A stretch of 13,630 nt of DNA from Verrucomicrobiota bacterium (GTDB taxonomy: Bacteria; Verrucomicrobiota; Verrucomicrobiia; Limisphaerales; CANJXF01). How positions within the stretch are numbered: the first letter of the stretch is position 1; every line of letters begins with the position of its first letter. The translations under genes were made by a program, and so were the position numbers. Below the pieces are notes generated by a model. The model was not told the DNA's origin. It searched no databases and saw only the letters and a list, made by a program, of their open reading frames with translations. Shown here piece by piece: positions 1 through 6,770 of this stretch. The stretch lies in assembly GCA_038214755.1 (NCBI GenBank), contig JBBQRQ010000123.1, forward strand, positions 1 to 13,630. Reading direction: 5' to 3'.

Positions 1-1
1 A

Positions 2-712
2 CGCGCGGACCTGTTCCGCCTACACGGCGATTTCATGCGCGCCACCGCTGACGCGCTCAAGGCCGCCCGGCTCAAGCCGGAATGGCCTGCCGCCATTTTG
101 GAACGGGCGAGAATTCACTTCGATGCCGGACAATTTGCCGCCGCGGTTGATTCCGCGACGGCGTGCCTGCGACTGGACGGCGACAATGCCGACGCGCTGG
201 TCATCCGCGCCCGCTGCCTCTCGCGGCTCGGGCAACTCGCCGAGGCCGTGGCGGATTACAACCAAGTGCTGGCGCCGACGAATGGGCCGCGCCCTCTGCC
301 GGATTTGTATCTCGAACGCGCGCGCGCGCAGACCGCACTGGGCCGAGTCGCCGTGCGCGGTCTGGATGAAGGTTTGGCCCGTCTTGGCCCAACGCCATCG
401 CTGGCCTTGCCCGCCCTTGAATACGAGCGAGCGAGCGGAGATTTCATGGCCGCGCTGGAGCGGGTGGAGCGGATGCGAAAGTTTTTTACGCCGGAAAATT
501 TCCATGCTCTACGCGGGGAGGTTTTGTTGCAAGCAAACCGGCGCGTCGAAGCCGAAACGGATTTTTTGGCGGGACTGGCAGTGATTGAAAATTATTCGCC
601 GGCCCGCCGCGAACTCCTGCTCATGCGGGAGTTGGAAGGGCGATTGCGCACCGGCTTGCGTCAAGCCGCCTTGCCGCCGCCCGTAAAAACAAACACATCT
701 TATGCAAAATAA
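2..712 (+). CDS. Tetratricopeptide-repeat (TPR) protein, 5'-truncated by the window edge
   Basis: The frame is open from position 2 (RADLFRLHGDFMRATAD...), so the ATG at 35 is probably internal. It has repeated ~34-aa helical units with the TPR pattern (AAILERARIHFDAGQFAAAVDSATACLRLDGD; ADALVIRARCLSRLGQLAEAVADYNQVLA; FHALRGEVLLQANRRVEAETDF). It overlaps the next gene by 11 nt. Confidence 0.85.
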   Translation, partial: RADLFRLHGDFMRATADALKAARLKPEWPAAILERARIHFDAGQFAAAVDSATACLRLDGDNADALVIRARCLSRLGQLAEAVADYNQVLAPTNGPRPLPDLYLERARAQTALGRVAVRGLDEGLARLGPTPSLALPALEYERASGDFMAALERVERMRKFFTPENFHALRGEVLLQANRRVEAETDFLAGLAVIENYSPARRELLLMRELEGRLRTGLRQAALPPPVKTNTSYAK

Positions 713-2255
713 ATTGACTCGGATTGTTGCCATCGCCATGACGGTGACCGGCTGGTTGAGCCTGGGCACGACTACGCAAGCTGGGTTGACGCGCGGGCCT
801 TATCTGCAAAACAGCACGCCCAGCAGCATCGTGATCCGCTGGCGGACCAGCACCGCCGAAACAAGTCAGGTGGTTTTCGGCACAAACTTCGCCGAACTGA
901 ACCTGACCAACAGCGACGCCATCACGACTACAGATCACATCGTCACGCTCACTGGTTTGCAGGCCGACACTTCCTATTATTATTCCATTGGGTCGACCAA
1001 CACCACGCTGGCCGGGCCGAGTACGAATCATTTTTTTCTTACCCATCCGCTCCCCGGGACGCCCAAGCCGATCCGGGTGTGGGTCATCGGCGATGCGGGC
1101 ACAGCCAACGCAAATCAAGTGGCAGTGCGCAACGCGTTTCAAACTTTCAACGGCACCAATACGCTGCACGCCTGGCTGCAACTGGGCGACAACGCCTACA
1201 ACTCGGGCCTAGACGCGGAGTATCAAGCCGCCGTGTTCAACATGTACACAAACCAGCTTCGCAATTCCGTGACTTGGCCCACCCTCGGCAATCACGAGAC
1301 CGCGCAAAGTACGGCGTATGTGGACACCTATCCGTATTTCAGTATCTTCACGCTGCCCACCGCGGGCGAGGCGGGCGGCGTGCCGAGCGGCACGGAGCAT
1401 TATTATTCATTCGACCTCGGCATGGTGCATTTCATCTGCCTGGACTCGATGACGGCGCCCCGCACCATCGGCGGGGCCATGGACATCTGGCTGCGGTCCG
1501 ACCTGGCCTTGAACACAAACCGCTGGCTCGTCGCCTACTGGCATCATCCGCCGTATTCCAAAGGCTCCCATGATTCCGACATAGGCGGCCCGGGTTACGA
1601 TACGCAGATGGGCCAGATGCGGACTAACTTTCTGCCCATCCTGGAAGCGGCCGGCGTGGATCTGGTATTGTCCGGCCATAGCCACGCCTATGAACGGTCG
1701 CGATTGATCAACGGACATTACGGGCTTTCGACCACCTTCAACAGCAATCTGGTGGTGCAAGCCGGCAGCGGTCGCGAGACGAACGGCATTGGCGCTTATC
1801 GCAAGCCGGACGGCCTCGGCGAGACACCCATCGGCAATCGCGGCACGATTTACACCGTGGCCGGCAGTTCCGGCCAGGCCACCACCGGCACGATTAATCA
1901 CCCCGCGATGTTTTATTCCGCGCTCGCCCTCGGCTCGATGGTGCTGGATTTTACTTCCAACCGGCTCGACGCGATTTTTCTCCGAGAAAACGGCGCGATC
2001 AACGATTCCTTCACCATCATCAAAGACGGCACCTACCCGCCATTGCTTGCGGACGTGGTCGCGCTGCCAGGCGACGCGTTACAATTTACCGTGCTCTCTC
2101 GTGCCTACCGCACCAACGTGGTTGAGGCCACCACCAACCTTGCGGCGTCCTGGACACCGGTATTGACCAACATGACCACCAACGTCTCCTTCACCTTCAC
2201 GCAAACCAACGCCTCCGGCGACCCATTGCGATTCTATCGAGTAAAGCGTCCGTAA
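702..2255 (+). CDS. Secreted metallophosphoesterase (purple acid phosphatase-like): signal peptide, N-terminal FN3-like domain, calcineurin-like catalytic domain, C-terminal 'FYRV' domain
   Basis: All metal-ligand motifs occur in order: GDAG, LGDNAY, LGNHE, WHHP, LSGHSHAYER. The N-terminus is signal-like, followed by RGPYLQ...IVIRWRT...HIVTLTGLQADTSYYYSIG (PAP N-terminal domain). The protein ends GDPLRFYRVKRP. Confidence 0.92.
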   Translation: MQNKLTRIVAIAMTVTGWLSLGTTTQAGLTRGPYLQNSTPSSIVIRWRTSTAETSQVVFGTNFAELNLTNSDAITTTDHIVTLTGLQADTSYYYSIGSTNTTLAGPSTNHFFLTHPLPGTPKPIRVWVIGDAGTANANQVAVRNAFQTFNGTNTLHAWLQLGDNAYNSGLDAEYQAAVFNMYTNQLRNSVTWPTLGNHETAQSTAYVDTYPYFSIFTLPTAGEAGGVPSGTEHYYSFDLGMVHFICLDSMTAPRTIGGAMDIWLRSDLALNTNRWLVAYWHHPPYSKGSHDSDIGGPGYDTQMGQMRTNFLPILEAAGVDLVLSGHSHAYERSRLINGHYGLSTTFNSNLVVQAGSGRETNGIGAYRKPDGLGETPIGNRGTIYTVAGSSGQATTGTINHPAMFYSALALGSMVLDFTSNRLDAIFLRENGAINDSFTIIKDGTYPPLLADVVALPGDALQFTVLSRAYRTNVVEATTNLAASWTPVLTNMTTNVSFTFTQTNASGDPLRFYRVKRP

Positions 2256-2315
2256 GGTTCGGGGAATTTATGTTAATCCGGAACGATTCAGTTGGAGCAC
2301 CAGTGTCGAGGGATT

Positions 2316-2337
2316 GGAGCGCCGAATTTATTCCGCT
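2316..2337. repeat. Degenerate GGAG-led REP-like hairpin
   Basis: GGAGC-GCCGAAT-TT-ATTCCGC-T: a 7-bp stem with one mismatch, preceded by a GGAG tetranucleotide. Same architecture as other short palindromes in the window. Confidence 0.4.
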
Positions 2338-2523
2338 TTAAATCGATCACGACCCATAATCATCGCCCGCCAGACCGGAAAAATTGCTTTGAATTCCTCT
2401 TCGCTCGGATGAAATTTTGCCATGCCGTGTCGAAGGTTATCGCAGATGCCATTGCCAAAACACGACCGCAATCAAGACGAAGTTTAATAGCGTCAGCAGA
2501 CAGGCGATCTTCCTCCAGGTCAT
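2328..2523 (-). pseudogene. Probable internally deleted remnant of a membrane-anchored hypothetical protein gene
   Basis: Minus strand 2523..2437 reads MTWRKIACLLTLLNFVLIAVVFWQWHLR* (basic N-terminus plus TM/signal anchor). It is followed directly, in another frame, by DNLRHGMAKFHPSEEEFKAIFPVWRAM...* (ATG 2423, stop ending 2328), which looks protein-like. Both are below the ORF-track size cutoff. Confidence 0.45.
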
Positions 2524-2585
2524 GGCAATTTTCTAAGTAATGTGTGGATCGCCTGCAAGTGGCAAAGCAACCTCCGCAAAATCCA

Positions 2586-2615
2586 TTGCCGAAAAAAAAA
2601 ATCGCGCTATTTTTT
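2586..2615 (+). promoter_or_regulatory. Putative sigma70 promoter/operator of the toxin-antitoxin operon
   Basis: TTGCCG (2586-2591), 16-nt spacer containing A10, then TATTTT (2608-2613), with 7 nt between it and ATG 2621. An inverted repeat AAAAAAT-cgcgct-ATTTTTT (2596-2615) overlaps it. Confidence 0.4.
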
Positions 2616-2620
2616 GGAGC

Positions 2621-2839
2621 ATGAACACGGCAGAAAAGATTTTTGAAAAGACGCAGACTTTGCCGGAATCAACCCAACTCTCTGTTCTGCATTTTGTCGA
2701 AACTCTGGCGGGCAACGCTCCCCTGAAAAAACCTTCGTCGATGCTGCGGAAGTCTGGCGTGCAATTGCCCCTGATTGATTCCAAACAACCGGGCACGCTG
2801 AACCTGACCAATGCCGACATCGAAGAGCTTCTTGCTTGA
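2621..2839 (+). CDS. Putative antitoxin (72 aa) of a VapBC-type module; DUF2281-like N-terminus
   Basis: Small ORF directly upstream of, and overlapping, a PIN toxin by 29 nt. MNTAEKIFEKTQTLPESTQLSVLHFVETL resembles DUF2281-type antitoxins, and it has an acidic C-terminal tail (LNLTNADIEELLA). ATG 2621 is preferred over the ORF-track start at 2540. Confidence 0.75.
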   Translation: MNTAEKIFEKTQTLPESTQLSVLHFVETLAGNAPLKKPSSMLRKSGVQLPLIDSKQPGTLNLTNADIEELLA

Positions 2840-3263
2840 TATCAATTGCTGGCTGGCCGCAGCCGCGCGGCGGCATGTTTATCATCCCGATGCCAAGGCG
2901 TGGATTGATCACGCCAGTGGAACTCTCGCCTTTTGTCGCGTGACCCAAATGGGTTTTCTCCGGCTGGCGACCAACCCGAAAGTGATGAAGGAAGATGTCT
3001 TGACCCTGCCGCAAGCTTGGGAAGCTTATCAAAAATTTCTCGCGGATCCTCGCATCGTTTTTGCCGACGAAGCAGAAGGACTGGAGAATTTCTGGAAAGA
3101 ATTTACCGGCGCGCCCACTGGCAACCCAAATATGTGGACAGACGCTTACCTTGCTGCTTTCGCTAAAGCGGGCGGGCACACCCTCGTGACGTTCGATCAG
3201 GGTTTTTCCCGGTTCGCGAATCTTTCAGTGAAGGTTCTTTATCCAGCGGCATTGGCTCGATGA
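2811..3263 (+). CDS. vapC: VapC family PIN-domain ribonuclease toxin
   Basis: PIN motifs LLDINCWLA (N-terminal Asp), TQMGFLRLATNP, WTDAYLAAFA, LVTFDQGF; 150 aa; lies downstream of a small antitoxin-like ORF. Confidence 0.92.
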   Translation: MPTSKSFLLDINCWLAAAARRHVYHPDAKAWIDHASGTLAFCRVTQMGFLRLATNPKVMKEDVLTLPQAWEAYQKFLADPRIVFADEAEGLENFWKEFTGAPTGNPNMWTDAYLAAFAKAGGHTLVTFDQGFSRFANLSVKVLYPAALAR

Positions 3264-4582
3264 ACTTTCTCTCCCTCATCGAATCCAAACGCGATGGCAA
3301 AGTCCTGACGCCGGAACAAATTCGCGCTTACATTTCGGATTACGTCGGCGGAAAAATTCCCGACTACCAAATGGCGGCGATGCTGATGGCCATTTTTTTT
3401 CGAGGACTCAATCCCCAGGAAACTCGCGCGCTGACTTTTGCCATGCGCGATTGCGGGGAGGCTTTGAAATTTCCAAAAGATTCGCGCCCGCTCGTGGACA
3501 AACATTCCACTGGCGGTGTCGGCGATAAAGTTTCGCTCCCGCTCGCGCCGCTGCTGGCTTGTCTCGGTTTTCGCGTGCCGATGATTTCGGGTCGCGGACT
3601 CGGCATCACGGGCGGCACGCTTGATAAATTGGAATCGATTCCTGGTTTTCGCACGGCGCTCTCGATTGAGGAAATTATCACTCAGGTACAATCCATCGGT
3701 TGTGTCATTTGCGGACAAACGGAAAAGATGGTTCCGGCCGACAAAAAAATTTACGCGTTGCGTGACGTGACGGGAACCGTTCCTTCGATTCCTCTGATCA
3801 CTGCGTCAATTCTTTCCAAGAAACTGGCAGAGAATTTGGACGCACTCGTCCTCGACGTAAAATTTGGTTGCGCCGCTTTCATGCAAACAAAACAGGACGC
3901 GCGCGCGCTGGCGCAGTCGATGGTTGCACTCGGAAAAAAATGCGGCGTGAACACGCGAGCCGTCTTGAGCGACATGAGCACTCCGCTCGGTCGCGCCGGT
4001 GGAAATTGGTTGGAGATTAAAGAATCGGTGGAATGTCTGGAAAGTAGGGCGGGCGTCTCGCCTGCCCCCATCACGGATCTACGCCAACTCGTCATCGAAT
4101 GCGCGGCGCATCTCCTCGTGCAAACCAGGCGCGCGAAAAACTTGCCTGCCGCCCGAACCGCCGCCGACGATTGTCTTCACTCCGGCGCGCCGCGTCGCCG
4201 ATGGGACGAAATGCTTCAAGCGCAAGGAGCGGACATGGACGCTTTCAATCGCAAACTCGCTCAGGAAAAGTCCGCGCCATTTGTTTTGGAATTAAAATCG
4301 AAGCGCACCGGTTTCATTTCGCGCTGCGACGCAAAAATTATGGGTGAAATTGTGCGCGATCTGGGCGGCGGCCGTTTGACGAAAGAAAGCAAAATCAATT
4401 TCGATGTGGGCATTGATCATATCGCCAAGCCCGGCGAAAAAATTTCGCGGGAACAAATTCTCGCGCGCATCCACGCCGCCGACTTGTCCGCCGGAAAAAT
4501 TGCGTTGAAGAAATTGCAAACCGCCTTTGCCATCTCGAACCGGCCTCCACGTTTATCGCCCCTGATTTCGGAAATTCTCTGA
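3260..4582 (+). CDS. deoA: Thymidine phosphorylase (thymidine/pyrimidine-nucleoside phosphorylase family)
   Basis: Signature motifs IPDYQMAAMLMAIFFRG, DKHSTGGVGDKVS, PMISGRGLGITGGTLDKLESIPGF, PADKKIYALRDVTGTV, ASILSKKLA, LDVKFG, LGGGR. Met in VPMISGRG matches thymidine phosphorylases rather than the Lys of Bacillus-type Pdp (AKMSGRG). ATGA overlap with the vapC stop. Confidence 0.93.
   Translation: MNFLSLIESKRDGKVLTPEQIRAYISDYVGGKIPDYQMAAMLMAIFFRGLNPQETRALTFAMRDCGEALKFPKDSRPLVDKHSTGGVGDKVSLPLAPLLACLGFRVPMISGRGLGITGGTLDKLESIPGFRTALSIEEIITQVQSIGCVICGQTEKMVPADKKIYALRDVTGTVPSIPLITASILSKKLAENLDALVLDVKFGCAAFMQTKQDARALAQSMVALGKKCGVNTRAVLSDMSTPLGRAGGNWLEIKESVECLESRAGVSPAPITDLRQLVIECAAHLLVQTRRAKNLPAARTAADDCLHSGAPRRRWDEMLQAQGADMDAFNRKLAQEKSAPFVLELKSKRTGFISRCDAKIMGEIVRDLGGGRLTKESKINFDVGIDHIAKPGEKISREQILARIHAADLSAGKIALKKLQTAFAISNRPPRLSPLISEIL
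4044..4067 (+). repeat. GTAG-type REP-like palindrome embedded in frame within deoA
   Basis: GTA-GGGCGGGCG-TCT-CGCCTGCCC: a GTAG leader, a 9-bp stem (one G-T pair) and a 3-nt loop. It is translated as part of SRAGVSPAP. Confidence 0.7.
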
Positions 4583-4583
4583 C

Positions 4584-4605
4584 GGAGCGCGGCGTGAACG
4601 CCACG
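4584..4605. repeat. Degenerate GGAG-led REP-like hairpin immediately after the deoA stop
   Basis: GGAG-CGCGGCG-TGAA-CGCCACG: a 7-bp stem with one mismatch and no U-tract. Confidence 0.4.
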
Positions 4606-4670
4606 GTCCTGTCGAAATCTCAATCGAGAAATTCCTTGCCGCATTCTCCGCGTTTCGTCATGCAAGAGCC

Positions 4671-5852
4671 ATGACACGAGGCATAACATTTCTATCACTT
4701 CTGTTTTTTTGTTGGAACACAACGCAAACCACTTCTGCCAAAGAGTTGGGAAAGTCCCCCGTCCCCGTTCGCAAAGTCGAGGACATCGTCATTTACAAGG
4801 ACGACAAATTGTATTCCGCGTTCCCCTCGATTGTTCGGCGTCCCGACGGCGAACTGGTTGTGGCATTTCGGCGCGCGCCCGATTGGCGTCCGCTCGGCGC
4901 GAAGAACTACACCCACACTGATCCCAACTCTTGCCTGATGCTGACGCGCTCGCACGACAACGGCAAAAGTTGGACGGAACCTAAAACTTTTTTTGCCCAT
5001 CCGTGGGGCGGCGCGCAGGACCCGTGCATGATCCAGTTGCGAGACCGGTCGCTTCTCTGCGCGAGTTACGGCTGGGCGTTGGCGCCGACAAATGTTTTTC
5101 CAAAATTAAAACAGCCGGTTTTTCATCATGGGAATTTTTCTTTTCTGGGTGGCTATCTCTTGCGCTCGAAAGACGGCGGAGCTTCGTGGCAAGGACCGAT
5201 CATTCCGCCACCGTGTCGTGGAGAAATTTATTTGGATCCATTCGGAAAACCAATTCCCGCCTACAATCGCGGCGCGATGTGTGAAGGGAAGAATGGACGG
5301 ATTTATTGGGTCGTCGCATCCAACAGTGCGCTGCCGCCGCGCAAATCAGAAACGCACTTGATGATTTCTTCGGACAAAGGCCAGACGTGGAAATATTCCT
5401 GTCCGGTGGGGCAGGATGAAAAAATTTCCTTCAACGAAACTTCCCTCTACGAAACGCCGAAAGGCGACCTGGTCGCTTTCATGCGCACGGCCGATTTTGA
5501 CGATCACACCGCAATCGCGCGCTCGACCGACCACGGAAAAACTTTTCAAAAATGGGAGGACGCGGGATTTCAGGGGCATCCGCATTACGCGCTGCAACTT
5601 CCCGATAAGCGGGTGTTGCTGATTTATGGCTATCGTCATGCGCCGTTCGGAATTCGAGCGCGTGTGCTCGACGCGGAATGCCGCGAGATCAAATCGAGTG
5701 AAGAAATTATTTTGCGCGACGATGGCGGCAACAGCGATTTGGGTTATCCGTGGGCGACGATGATTTCCAAGAATCGCGCGCTGGTGGTTTATTATTTCAA
5801 TCAAGCCGACGGCCCGCGCCACATTGCCGGAACCCTTGTCGCGGTAGATTGA
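4671..5852 (+). CDS. Secreted BNR/Asp-box repeat protein, sialidase-like beta-propeller (glycoside hydrolase of unknown substrate)
   Basis: Signal peptide MTRGITFLSLLFFCW...; four Asp boxes (SHDNGKSW, SKDGGASW, SSDKGQTW, STDHGKTF); FNETSL and DLGYP motifs. The canonical FRIP motif is replaced by SAFP, so sialidase activity itself is not established. Confidence 0.85.
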   Translation: MTRGITFLSLLFFCWNTTQTTSAKELGKSPVPVRKVEDIVIYKDDKLYSAFPSIVRRPDGELVVAFRRAPDWRPLGAKNYTHTDPNSCLMLTRSHDNGKSWTEPKTFFAHPWGGAQDPCMIQLRDRSLLCASYGWALAPTNVFPKLKQPVFHHGNFSFLGGYLLRSKDGGASWQGPIIPPPCRGEIYLDPFGKPIPAYNRGAMCEGKNGRIYWVVASNSALPPRKSETHLMISSDKGQTWKYSCPVGQDEKISFNETSLYETPKGDLVAFMRTADFDDHTAIARSTDHGKTFQKWEDAGFQGHPHYALQLPDKRVLLIYGYRHAPFGIRARVLDAECREIKSSEEIILRDDGGNSDLGYPWATMISKNRALVVYYFNQADGPRHIAGTLVAVD

Positions 5853-5921
5853 TGCGTTAGGACAAAAAATGAAACCCAACATCCAACCGGCGAAATTTGC
5901 GGTGGCTTGCGCAGGCAATTT

Positions 5922-6725
5922 TCATTTGGCATTTGTACGCTCTTTTATCCAAGGATAATCCTTGGGAGAAATCTTGCCCGTCCCGTCAGAAGGATTTTTT
6001 TGAACAATTGGTTGCTTGGTATTCGTGTCGCGCCACTTTTTGATTTCAGAATGACCATCAGCAAAGGAAAATCCGCAGGCGCCATTGTGGTAGGACGCAG
6101 GCACGTCGTCCCAGGTAGTTCGATCCATTGTGACGTTAAACAAACCGTCGTTGATGCTGTCCGGGTGTTCGTCTAAAAAAACGAAAGTCATTGAGGGAGT
6201 AGGTTTGGCAATGTCGCCGTATTTGAGAAACCGCTTCCATCCGGGATTTAATGTGTTGTTTAAATTTGCAGTATCGCCCATGAATCCATTCATAGAAATG
6301 CTCCTGACGCGAGATCCAGTGACGGAGGGGATTTTGTCGGCTGGACATTTGAATATGCCGCGGTTTTTTGCGACATACGGGCCGATCTGACAATTGATGA
6401 GATTTTGCACGTTGGTGTTGTCCTGGATATTCCCCCAACCTAAAACTCCCGTCACCCAGCAGTTGGTGGTGGTGGAAAATCCCCGATTCTCAGTCAACCG
6501 CCCGGAGTTGTCATCGGCATATAAATACCAGGCAAGCTGAAGCTGCTTCAAATTGCTCAAGCAGGAAATTCCTTCGGCTTTGACTTTGGCCTTGGAGAGC
6601 GCCGGCAGCAATAACGACGCAAGAATGGCAATGATGGCGATCACCACCAATAGTTCGATCAAGGTGAAACCGAGAGAGCGAGGGCGATGAAATTCAGTTT
6701 TCACTCTGTAAAAACTTTTGCGCAA
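5922..6725 (-). CDS. Prepilin-type N-terminal cleavage/methylation protein with C-terminal H-X9-DG motif (DUF1559-like PVC family)
   Basis: [29 protein letters not shown]...[38 protein letters not shown] (H-X9-DG). Start is uncertain: TTG 6725 or GTG 6704. Confidence 0.92.
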   Translation of the reverse strand: MRKSFYRVKTEFHRPRSLGFTLIELLVVIAIIAILASLLLPALSKAKVKAEGISCLSNLKQLQLAWYLYADDNSGRLTENRGFSTTTNCWVTGVLGWGNIQDNTNVQNLINCQIGPYVAKNRGIFKCPADKIPSVTGSRVRSISMNGFMGDTANLNNTLNPGWKRFLKYGDIAKPTPSMTFVFLDEHPDSINDGLFNVTMDRTTWDDVPASYHNGACGFSFADGHSEIKKWRDTNTKQPIVQKNPSDGTGKISPKDYPWIKERTNAK

Positions 6726-6770
6726 AAAAGAGCAGCTGCCGAACGCAGATGCCTTCTGACTGAATTGTTT

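Noticed and set aside
296..395. TPR unit that seems about 2 residues short (ALGRVAVRGLDEG)
   Set aside because: The frame is intact and TPR length variation is common. It cannot be called a lesion without an alignment.
2292..2540. 82-aa + strand ORF in the phosphatase-antitoxin gap
   Set aside because: TTG start, no recognisable motif, and it runs through a REP-like hairpin. The opposite strand looks more protein-like.
2540..2620. 27-aa N-terminal extension of the antitoxin containing a P-loop-like GSPASGKAT
   Set aside because: It lacks GK[ST] and any following kinase domain, and it spans the A10/T6 promoter-like sequence. ATG 2621 is the better start.
5853..5921. Terminator between the convergent sialidase-like and pilin-like genes
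   Set aside because: Only a weak, imperfect stem is present, with no clear U-tract.
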